A stretch of 46,101 nucleotides of DNA from Oligoflexales bacterium (GTDB lineage: Bacteria; Bdellovibrionota_B; Oligoflexia; Oligoflexales; CAIYRB01), in assembly GCA_041736175.1 (NCBI GenBank), contig JBGSUI010000082.1, positions 1 to 46,101 on the forward strand, read 5' to 3'. Shown here one piece after another: positions 21,942 through 33,371 of the stretch (its first letter is position 1; each line of letters opens with the position of its first letter). The position numbers and the translations under genes are program-made. The notes below the pieces were generated by a model. It saw only the letters and a program-made list of their open reading frames with translations, searched no databases and was not told where the DNA came from.

Positions 21942-22130
21942 GTGAAGAAAAAAGACATAGAAAAGCAGCTAAGGAAATATAAATGGTTTTTGAAAAGAGA
22001 GGGCAAATCCCATGAAGTTTGGACCAACGGCAAAGGAAAAACCGAAATGCTGCCGCGACATAATGAAATCGGCGAGAGCCTTGCCGCAAAAATAATAAGA
22101 ACGGCGCAAAATAACCCAGGCGATGAGTGA
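21942..22130 (+). CDS. hicA: HicA family toxin
   Basis: 62 aa, LKREGKSHEVW...PRHNEI...LAAKI. Confidence 0.88.
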   Translation: MKKKDIEKQLRKYKWFLKREGKSHEVWTNGKGKTEMLPRHNEIGESLAAKIIRTAQNNPGDE

Positions 22131-22139
22131 GGATAGACT

Positions 22140-22589
22140 ATGTTGTATATAGGAATGCAGGGAAAAATCTGGCGAGAAGGGAACTTATACCTTGTTGAAA
22201 TTCCATCCTTGGATCTTATGAGCCAGGGAAAAAGCAAAGATGATGCTTTCTACATGATTAATGATGCACTTTCAATGCATCTAGATGAATTGGGAGTCCA
22301 AGGTTTTGATCATGAAACATCATGCTGGATTGATAAAGATCGAGGTATTTTTTCCGTATCGGTTCCCTGGAGCAAAAAGGTCGTGGGTTTTATGATGCAA
22401 AGGCTACGAGATCGTACAAAATTGAGCCAACGGGATCTTGCAAAAAGGCTGGGTTATAGCTCCCATAATTCCATAGCCGCCTACGAAAGCGGAAAAATCC
22501 AACCGACGCTGGAGAAATTTTCAGAAATAATGTCAGGCCTCGGTGTGAATGTCAGCATCGGTGTTTCCCTTGAGAGCAAGGGTGCATAA
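22140..22589 (+). CDS. hicB: HicB family antitoxin with C-terminal XRE HTH
   Basis: YLVEIPSLDLMSQGKSKDDA; LSQRDLAKRLG...IAAYESGK. Confidence 0.85.
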   Translation: MLYIGMQGKIWREGNLYLVEIPSLDLMSQGKSKDDAFYMINDALSMHLDELGVQGFDHETSCWIDKDRGIFSVSVPWSKKVVGFMMQRLRDRTKLSQRDLAKRLGYSSHNSIAAYESGKIQPTLEKFSEIMSGLGVNVSIGVSLESKGA

Positions 22590-22697
22590 AGAAGTCAAAT
22601 CGTCTGATGCGACTTATATCAGAGTTTGAAGTTCAACGGAACGAAAACGTGCGCTAAGAAAACGACTCCGCGTCAAAATTACCGACAAGTACTTGTT

Positions 22698-23853
<1,156 letters not shown>

Positions 23854-26347
23854 GCATAAGAGGTGATATAGACGATAGGTCGATATCCGCTGACAGACTT
23901 TTTTCGACTTTCATGTCAGCAAGAAGATCGCCAACACGACGAGTATTCCATGCCACAATGATATTGCATGCCAATGCAAGTACGCTGGTACGATTCATAA
24001 GATCGGTAGGATCGGCGCTTCTAAGACCAGAGCCGGATGCAAAATTTATGCTACGAGCAAGATCTTGCCGCGCTTCACCCTTGTTAAGCTGTGCATTGAG
24101 AGGACGGCGAAAATCCGGATCGCGCATCCATCTTAAAAGAAAGGTGGATTTTATGATACGCCCTGCATCCAAAAGAGCGTTCGCCAGCGGATCACTCGAA
24201 CTATTGGTAAGCCTCATACAGATGGTTCTACCATCCACCAGTTTTTGCTTTAGAGCAGAAATCACTCTTTGCGCTAGATCCCAATTCTCTCGCAAAGACT
24301 GCAACGAAACCCGCCGTGGTTGAAATATGGAGCTTAACTCCCCCGCATCGAGGCCTTCTGGCAGCCAGAGGCGCGTACCTCCGGCATCTCGAATACGAGG
24401 AGCAAACATAAAACCCAAAAGCCAGGAAAGAGCAAACATATTGTCGGTATAGCCGTGCGTATCTGTGGTATGAATGCGCGGGTGAAGTGCTGTGTCGTTG
24501 TCCATAAGACCATCGATAACAGCGAGCCACTCTCTGGTAGAGCAGGAAAGTACGATCGATGAAAAAACCGTATAACGATCGGACAGATGGCAATAAACAT
24601 TAACTCCTCTTTTTAACCAGCCGAAGCGACGGGGATGATATTCCACAAGAAGGGATTTTCCTCGCACCGCAAAGAGTTGACCATCACTTGATGAAATTTC
24701 CCCAGTACCATAAACATTCCCAGCCTCAAGAGACGCTTGATAATCGACCACTCGGTGTATCGCCTCTTTTATATTTTCCTGTGATAGATAACCCCGACAG
24801 AGATCCTCTAACATATCGGCAGAGATGTTTTCCGCGGCACTAGCCAATAGATCCTCTATACGAATGCGCCCGAGAGTTGATAAAATCTTGGCACGTAGAC
24901 TATCTGGGACTGGATCAGGCTCTGCGCGATCACGGCTAAGCTGAATGGCACCATCCACGATCTTTACAAATTGATTATTTGGCAAAGATTCCTTGAATAA
25001 ACGCAACTCCCGTTCAAAGTCCATCCTAAGATCGTCGATGGCTGAAATTGCTTTGGGATTAGTAATCACCAACGGAACGCCAATATTCACCAGACTGTTC
25101 CAAAATCCACGGTTTTTGATGGAGCTTGGAAAATAGATATCCTGCGCCCTTAAGCGAGTACGAATCTCTTGGATTAAAAACCACTCCCAGATATCTCTGC
25201 GCCAATGACCATCCTCTGTCTTTGCACATGAACGATACCTTTGTTCTATAAAATGAGGAGCGTCTTGAGATATGAACGGTCCGCTGGCCTCTCCTGCAAG
25301 CTCAAGAGCCTTTTGGAGATTGTCCAGACCTTTAGCAACCTGAAGGTCAAGATGCAGAAACTGCCGAAGAATTGGGCGGAATTTTTGCACCATGCGTCCC
25401 ATGATGACTGCTTTGTCATCATCGTCGCCATCGCCTCTTGCTGAGCGATCATTCAAAGCCTTTTTCAACGCCTCCAAATCAAAATTCTTATGGGCGGAAA
25501 TCAGTTCATTTGCTGTTGAACTGGCAAAAATTTCGGCGGCACGGAGGATTATTTTTCGATTAGCCTGATTAGTTTGTCTTTTTTTTACAACAAACTCTTC
25601 CCAACTGGCTTCGACCCGATTTTCCATGCGGGTGACTAGGCGGTCAAACATTTGCACCAAAGTATCAATTAAGTTTGCCTGTGCATCTATAATATAACAA
25701 GCAAGGATAATTGATCTTTTTTCTCTACTAAATCGTTTGATTTCCCATAGCGACCATCGTCGAGCAGACTTGGCATATTCTTTAATCAACTTGCTCGAAA
25801 GACTCTTATCAAGAGATCTGGAAGCGATAGCGACGGGTCGTAGAGATTTTTCCAGTGATACGAGTTGGTAGAATTGCTTGCGACTTGGAAATGGTGGGGT
25901 TGCCCGTAGTTCATTAAAAAGGTCGGGATATCCAGCGAATTTACCAGATAGTATCTGCTCAAGTTGAACTAAAAGATTCGACGGCAGGAGAGAAAAGGCT
26001 TGTTTTTCGAGTCTTGAAGGGATGGTTTTGGGCGGAAATTCATGGGCATGACGGGCCAGAGTCCCGTGTATTCTTAAGAAGCAAAGCTGCAAACCCAACC
26101 ACACCCGCAAGGATGGAAGTGTGCTAGCATTGGATACAAACCGCAAATCATCCAAAGTAAGCGACCAATAGCGCAATAGCTCGTCATCAGGCGGGCAATC
26201 TGTCGCAGTGATAGGTTGAATGAATTCCAAAAGACCTCCTGCCTAGTTGTACAACTATAAATGGACTTTTTTGCTATTTAGGAGATGATTGTTACACGAT
26301 AAATTATATAAAATCATAATATTAAGGCGATTTTTATATCAAGATTT

Positions 26348-26411
26348 TTACATTGTCAACTAGCAATGTATTTTAAACCGTAAAAAATCCCATCACGGAG
26401 CCGGGGAGGCC
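26348..26411 (-). repeat. Right terminal inverted repeat
   Basis: Reverse complement of 21739-21802. Confidence 0.9.
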
Positions 26412-26670
26412 ATATTGAAAACGATCCTGGGGTTTTAGAAATTAAAACCCAACCCTTGACCTACCGCGAAACAGAGGCATGGGCCGCTATCATGGATACC
26501 TTGATCTTTGGTGCTGAAAAAGACGTTGGCTCGCTGTTACTAGATTCCGATACAGAAAGAAATCGTTGGAGTGGGCATGTCACCTTAAGTCCTTGACAGG
26601 ATTTTTTTCTGTGAGTTTCCCACCACAACTTGGAGTAAAAAGCAGCTGATGTATAGGCTGGAACACTTTC

Positions 26671-26997
26671 TTAACGGTTCGAATACACCTGTATCCCTGT
26701 CGTACGAATTTCGTGTAGAATGGGTGATAGCTTGTTTTTCTTATATTCTGACTGTTTGACGATCATAAGATCAAAATTAAATCCCTTAATGCCTAAGGTG
26801 CCTATTAATTTGACCCACAATTGGTCCAAGTCAGGGGTTATATCTGGAACAACAATACAAAAATCACGATCGCTAAATTTAGTTGCAAGACCTTTGGCTG
26901 TTGACCCAAACAAATAGACATCAAATTTTTTTATATTAAGCCGCCTGATTTCAGCAACTAATGCATTTAATTCACGTTTAGTAAGTTTTCTAGCCAT
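26671..26997 (-). CDS. Minimal nucleotidyltransferase (MNT) antitoxin
   Basis: VYLFGSTAKG...SDRDF motif; likely start MARKL. Confidence 0.85.
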   Translation of the reverse strand: MARKLTKRELNALVAEIRRLNIKKFDVYLFGSTAKGLATKFSDRDFCIVVPDITPDLDQLWVKLIGTLGIKGFNFDLMIVKQSEYKKNKLSPILHEIRTTGIQVYSNR

Positions 26998-27371
26998 CGT
27001 TTTAATTCCAAGCCGATTTTGTGCCAATGAGCACTTATTTTTTTATCAATACTAGAATAGAACGCGAGTTTTTCGTCAGGATATCGACTAGACATATTAA
27101 ATCTCGAAATCTCAGAAAGATATTTTAAATACTGCTCAGAAACTTGGAGAGTTGTTTTGCCCACAAGATAGGATAAATTATGGCTCATGGGTGCGTGATC
27201 GTCCGAGTTGCTGACGATCAGCGCTTTAATCAGCTTTTCCAAAGCAAGGTGCAAAAAAAACAAAGCTTGTGCATATCTTCTCGCTTTCCTCAGCGCAAGG
27301 TAAGCTTTCCAGTCTTCGAGGGAAGAATGGTACCAATAGGTCACTAATTTTTTTTTCTCAGTTTTTGTCAT
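26967..27371 (-). CDS. HEPN domain protein
   Basis: ALFFLHLALEKLIKA, HNL..L, SRYPD; likely start MTKTE; overlaps the MNT gene. Confidence 0.85.
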   Translation of the reverse strand: MTKTEKKKLVTYWYHSSLEDWKAYLALRKARRYAQALFFLHLALEKLIKALIVSNSDDHAPMSHNLSYLVGKTTLQVSEQYLKYLSEISRFNMSSRYPDEKLAFYSSIDKKISAHWHKIGLELKRWLENLLNVN

Positions 27372-27734
27372 AGTACTTTTTCTTTGCACTTTGCTCAATT
27401 TTCGACAAGTTGAGGTTACATCAGACATCACTTTGGGTAAATGCCAAGTTCTCTTCATGCAATAAGATCCGTTGATCGAATGGAGCACTCCAATCGTTTC
27501 CCGGTGATTTTGCCAAGGGTTAAGGGATAGGCAGCCTATGGCCTTTGCAAAACAGTCTTCGCCGAGATTGGTTGCCATAGGTTCGGGGAGTGTCCTTGCC
27601 GATACGGGTGATGCCGCGGGGTTGGTCCATCTCCAAAACTCGCAAATCGTGTTTGGCCATTGCATTTAAAAAGTGTGCTGTCGTCCTATTAACATGCTGA
27701 TAATAATCAGCAATAAATAATATTTCAGAAATTC

Positions 27735-27761
27735 TCAAGAATTTTTTTAAAGAGCCGATGC
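27735..27761 (+). promoter_or_regulatory. Sigma28 (FliA)-like promoter TCAA-N15-GCCGATGC, preceded by palindrome TGCTGAT-N4-ATCAGCA (27695-27712)
   Basis: Matches TAAA-N15-GCCGATAA spacing; conserved in copy 2. Confidence 0.55.
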
Positions 27762-27854
27762 TTAGGAATCTACGCGCAATCTGATTGAAAAAATCTTGGG
27801 AACGAATCGAAACATTGGATTTGCACGTTAAACAAAGAGAAAGAAGAGCTTCAC

Positions 27855-30800
27855 ATGAAAACCAATTTGATTAAAAGGTTGATAAAGCCGTCATCGGGAC
27901 GAGTTAAAAGTCATGGTCCTATGATGAGGCTCTCGGCCTGCTTAGGGGACAACATAAGTGCCTTCATAACCATTATGATGGCTTTAACACTCCCTGCGGT
28001 CCAGGCTCTTGCCCTTGATATCAGCTATTCGGGTCGCCTCCAGGAAGACAGTGGCAAATCAATCGAAGGTCCTTTGGATTTTACCGTTAAGTTTTATAAC
28101 GATCCCAATAACGGTGACGTCATTGGCCCGACCCTCAAGCTTGCGAATACGGAATTAAGAGACGGTGTTTTTCAACTAGGACTCAGTCTCGACAACATTC
28201 AGATAACAGCTCTGTTTGGCGATGGCTCAAAGGCCGTCTATATCGAACTGGAAGCCGGTGGTAAGATCTACCCCCGTCAGCGTTTTACGGCGGTACCCTT
28301 CGCCCTGAGGATTCCCGTAGACACCCAAAAGCTAAACTATACCAACGACGGTAAATTGACCATCGAGAGCGTCGACCTTAACCAAATCAGCGGACTCACC
28401 GCCGCCTTGGCCGCAAAAGCGGATGCCTCAGCAGTGTCCAGCAGCAGCGTTAAGATGTCCAACAACCTTTCTGATTTAGCGAGCCCCTCTGTAGCCAGGA
28501 CCAATCTAGGTTTAGGTACCCTCGCCACTGCCAGTACTGTGGGGAGCGCAGAGATTACCGACGCCTCAATCACAAACGCCGACATCAACGCCGCAGCCGC
28601 CATCGCTGATACTAAACTAGCGACTATTGCGACCCCTGGCAAAGTGTCAGGCTCTGCTATCACCTCGGGGACGATCGGTGGCTCCACCGTGATCGCGACC
28701 TCGGGCCAGCTCTCCAGTACGGGAAATATCCGTGTTGCAGGGAGTGGAATCACCGCAACAGAACTACGCTTCGGGGATAACGACGACAGCAACTACGTGG
28801 GTTTTAAGGCTCCAGGTGTGGTAGCTGGTGATAAAATCTGGACCTTACCCGCCGCTGACGGGGCTAGCGGTCAGGTCCTAAGGACTGACGGCGCTGGTAT
28901 CCTTAGCTGGATCACACCCGGCGGTGGCGGAAATATGCTCGGGAGCGCCAACCTTTCGGATTTGGCAAATGCAGGAACAGCTAGAACTAATCTTGGTTTA
29001 GGTGGTCTTGCCACCCTCAGCAATGTAGGCAGCACGGAGATCACCGATGCCTCAATCATGAACGCCGATATCAATGCCTCAGCAGCTATTGCGACTTCTA
29101 AACTCTCGGGTGCTGTGACTTCAATCACAGGCCATGGCCTTGGTTCTTTGGCCACCCTCAGCAATGTAGGCAGCACGGAGATCACCAACGACTCCATTAT
29201 GAACACCGATATCAATGCATCAGCAGCCATCGCCACATCTAAACTCTCGGGAGCAGTGACTTCTATCGCAGGCCATGGTCTCGGCTCCTTGGCCACCCTC
29301 AGCAATGTAGGCAGCACGGAGATCACCAACGACTCTATTATGAACACCGACATCAATGCCTCAGCAGCCATCGCCACATCTAAACTTTCGGGTGCTGTGA
29401 CTTCAATCACAGGACATGGTCTCGGCTCCTTGGCCACCCTCAGCAATGTAGGCAGCGCGGAGATCACCAACGACTCTATCGTCGACGCGGATATCAACGC
29501 CTCGGCAGCCATCGCTGACACTAAACTTGCGACCATTACGACCGCTGGCAAAGTCTCGGGTTCTGCGATCACCTCGGGGACAATCGCCGGCTCCACGGTC
29601 GTGGCCACTTCTGGCCAGCTCTCCAGCACGGGTAACATCCGGGTCGCGGGTACTGGCACAACAGCAACAGATTTACGCTTTGGTGACAACGATGATAGCA
29701 ACTATGTTGGGTTTAAAGCCCCTGCCTCGGTGTCCACCGACCAGATCTGGACCCTGCCGGCATCGGACGGTACGAGCGGCCAAATTCTTAGGACCAACGG
29801 CACCGGTACCTTAAGCTGGGTTAGTGCAGGTGGTGCAGGAGCCCTCGTTGCCGCAAGCAACCTCTCCGATCTCGCTAACGCAACAACAGCCAGAACAAAC
29901 CTAGGTTTAGGCTCCCTCGCCACCTTAGGTGCTGTAGGCAGCACGGAGATCACCGATGCTTCAATCATGAACGCCGATATAAACGCAGCAGCTGCCATCG
30001 CCACCTCTAAACTTTCGGGCGCTGTTACATCCATCACGGGCCATGGCCTCGGCTCTCTCGCCACCCTCAGCAATGTGGGCAGCACGGAGATCACAAACGA
30101 CTCGATCATGAACACCGACATCAATACGTCAGCAGCCATCGCCACCTCCAAACTCTCTGGCGCTGTGACTTCTATCACGGGCCATGGCCTTGGTGGCCTC
30201 GCCACCTTAGGTGCTGTAGGCAGCACGGAGATCACCAACGATTCCATTATGAACACCGACATCAACACGGCAGCGGCTATCGCCACATCTAAACTTTCGG
30301 GCGCTGTCACTTCAATCACAGGACATGGTCTCGGCTCCTTGGCCACTCTCAGCAATGTAGGCAGCGCGGAGATCACAGACCTATCGATTATGAACGCGGA
30401 TATCAACGCCTCGGCAGCCATCGCTGACACTAAACTTGCGACCATTACGACCGCTGGCAAAGTCTCGGGTTCTGCGATCACCTCAGGTACGATCGGAGGT
30501 TCCACAGTCGTGGCCACTTCTGGCCAGCTCTCCAGCACGGGTAACATCCGGGTCGCGGGTACTGGCACAACAGCAACAGATTTACGCTTTGGTGACAACG
30601 ATGATAGCAACTATGTTGGGTTTAAGGCCCCCGCCTCGGTGACCACCGACCAGATCTGGACCCTGCCGGCATCGGACGGTACGAGCGGACAAATTCTTAG
30701 GACCAACGGCACCGGTACCTTAAGCTGGGTTAGTGCAGGCGGTGCAGGGGCCCTCGTTGCTGCAAGCAACCTCTCCGATCTCGCGAACGCAACAACAGCC

Positions 30801-32532
30801 AGAACAAACCTAGGTTTAGGCTCCCTCGCCACCTTGAGTGCTGTAGGCAGCACGGAGATCACCGATGCCTCAATCATGAACGCCGATATCAATGCTTCAG
30901 CAGCTATTGCGACTTCCAAACTCTCGGGCGCTGTCACATCCATCACGGGACATGGCCTAGGAACACTTGCCACCCTTAGCAATGTGGGCAGCACCGAGAT
31001 CACCAACGATTCCATTATGAACACCGACATCAACGCCTCAGCAGCCATCGCCACCTCTAAACTTTCGGGTGCTGTGACTTCTATCACAGGCCATGGTCTC
31101 GGCACCCTCGCCACAGCATCCGCCGTCTCCGGTGGCACCGCTGGGACCATCACGGATGACGATCACTGATGCAGATATCAACAGCGCAGCCGCTATTTCC
31201 CAGTCTAAAATCTCAGGTCTTACCACGGCTCTTTCCGGCAAAGAGTCCTCGATCACGACCAGCTCGGTGATCAACGGTGGGACTTTTACTACAGCCCTTC
31301 AAAACGGCCTCCAGGTCAAACCCTTTAACACGGCTGCCGGCAACACCGGTGAACTCCGTTTTAACGAGCTTGCCGCCAGTGGCACCAATTATGTGGGCTT
31401 TAAGGCCCCCGACGCTCTCGCTGCCGACAAAATCTGGACCCTCCCTGCCGCTGACGGCACGAGCGGCCAGATGTTATCAACCAACGGCAGCGGTACCTTA
31501 TCTTGGAGCGCTGCTGGAGGCGGGGGATCTCTGACGGTTTCTGCCAAAAGCTCAGACTATACGGTGACGACAGGGGATGGCGGGAAATACTTTATGGTTA
31601 CGGGTAACCTCACCACCCTGACTCTGCCCACGGCCGCGGCTGCTGGCTCGGGATTTGCGATCACGGTGAAATCAAACGGTGGGTGGGCCTTGGTGGTTAG
31701 GTCCAGCTCAGATCTGATCGAAGGAGCCTCCACGGCGTTGGCTATCCCGACCCAAGCAGTCGCCCAGATTGTTTCTGATGGCTCGGGATGGTATCTAGTT
31801 TATTCCTTGGGGACCCTCCATAGGGGTACTCCAGTCTCTTGCGGAGCTGATTGCTACGCCAATGGCTCGGCCATCGCCGCTGGGTTTGCCTACACCGCCA
31901 CGGGTAAAGCTGTGGTTCTAAACAGCTACAGCATCTGGGTAGAAGCCAATGGCACAAGAGTCATGAAGGTGGATGGTTCCGACAACTGGCACCTGGCTCT
32001 CAACGCCAATGGGCGGACCTACAGCAGCAATAGTCTTAATAATACCCGGGCCAATATCGGTGGCCGCGTCTGTCCCTCCAATGTTTATGTCGATGACGGC
32101 AATAAGGTGGCCACCGGAAGATGTCTTTACTATGACCTAGGCCAGGGGATTCAAGCTCTAAGTGATCTTGGTACCACGGATCAGACCACCAGTGGTCGCC
32201 TTGCCTTGGGCTCTTGGAACACTGCAGCAGGTGGTAATGGTACCAGTGCCTCTTGGTATGAGGGCAATATCCAGACCTGTGCCCATAAGGGGATGCGGCT
32301 GCCGCTCCTTTATGAGACCACTGCCGCAGATCCAGGGGCCAACAAGCCTACGGACCCGGCCTCGCCAACTTGGTCAAACTCTACAACGGGTGTCCCGTCG
32401 GTAGCGGGGGTCTACAGCTGGACGTCTTCGGCCTATTCGGGTGTTACCTATCATTACTGGATTTGGGCGGAGACCGGGCCCAGCAACTCCGTTTACAACG
32501 GCACCTACTCGGTGCGTTGCGTTGTCCCGTAG
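27855..32532 (+). CDS. DGR target 1: secreted repetitive fibre/adhesin-like protein with C-terminal C-type-lectin-like VR; split by a 2-nt deletion near 31160 (about 1559 aa if repaired)
   Basis: ORFs 27855-31169 and 31093-32532 together are collinear with the intact paralog 37060-41307; C-terminal C...GMRLP...W...SVRCV. Confidence 0.88.
28990..31110 (+). repeat. Intragenic 141-bp (47-aa) tandem repeats nested in a 909-bp duplicated block
   Basis: Unit GLGSLATLSNVGSTEITNDSIMNTDINASAAIATSKLSGAVTSITGH; near-identical sequences at 29527 and 30436. Confidence 0.9.
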
Positions 32533-32543
32533 TTGGTCGGCGA
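32421..32543 (+). repeat. DGR variable region VR1
   Basis: Differs from TR1 at 12 positions, all adenines in TR1. Confidence 0.95.
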
Positions 32544-32606
32544 CACCTCGAAGCTTGAAACTTGACCCTTGACTTTTTTTTGTTTTTTGGTGAGCAGCAA
32601 GTCCCC

Positions 32607-33056
32607 TTATAAGCTTCGATTTGGAGTGGCCTGCCGGCTTATGTTTTGGCTCAGGTATCGCTCCCATCCCACGATTTGTTTGGAGATACTTTCGATTTGG
32701 GCCATGGACCCCAGGAAAAATCCTTCGGAGATCCCTTTGGTTTGCCAAAGGAGTGTGGAAAAAGCTTTGATATTTTCCACATAGGCACGGAGTCTCTGGA
32801 GTTTGGAGAGCACTTCCGAGAGGGGAGGCTTGACCAGTGAGGATTTCATCACGTTGATTTCGATGGTAAGGCGCATCATCTCGGAGAGTGAGCCAAGAAT
32901 TTCTTTTTCAAGAATACTGATGCGCAAATATTTAGACATATTGCGATGGATCTGGAAAAAACGGGTATAAAGGGCTAGGAGGTCGCTATGTATTTTGGGA
33001 TTGCGAAAATCCCCTGAGGGGTGTTTGGGGGCAGAAGGAGGTGGTTGTGGTTGCAT
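32607..33056 (-). CDS. avd: DGR accessory variability determinant (Avd-like four-helix bundle)
   Basis: 149 aa helical protein ending IESISKQIVGW; located between VR and TR. Confidence 0.8.
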   Translation of the reverse strand: MQPQPPPSAPKHPSGDFRNPKIHSDLLALYTRFFQIHRNMSKYLRISILEKEILGSLSEMMRLTIEINVMKSSLVKPPLSEVLSKLQRLRAYVENIKAFSTLLWQTKGISEGFFLGSMAQIESISKQIVGWERYLSQNISRQATPNRSL

Positions 33057-33237
33057 CGAGACGTCTTTTCCATTAAAAGTGGTGCTGGGAGGAATTTGCA
33101 GGGAAGGAGCGGGACATTTTAGGCCTGCCCTTAGTCAATCTCTTTTCATCTGTGTGATGCCCCTTACTTGACTGATAGTCAAGTCTTGTATTCCGGTGTG
33201 GATGCGTCTGCAGAAGGGAGTTAAATAGGGGTATATG

Positions 33238-33358
33238 CGTCTTCGGCCTATTCGGGTAATACCAATAATTACTGGATTTGGGCGGAGACCGGGACCAACA
33301 ACAACAATTACAACAACACCTACTCGGTGCGTTGCGTTGTCCCGTAGTTGGTCGGCGA
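33238..33358 (+). ncRNA. DGR template repeat TR1
   Basis: Non-coding AAC/AAT-rich copy of VR (9 AAY codons). Confidence 0.93.
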
Positions 33359-33371
33359 GCCAGGGAAAGAA

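Noticed and set aside
27372..27665. N-terminal extension of the HEPN ORF
   Set aside because: HEPN similarity starts at MTKTE (27371); the extension runs into the DGR promoter region.
28990..31110. Regular repeats as a CRISPR array
   Set aside because: They are in-frame 141-bp coding repeats with synonymous variation and no unique spacers.
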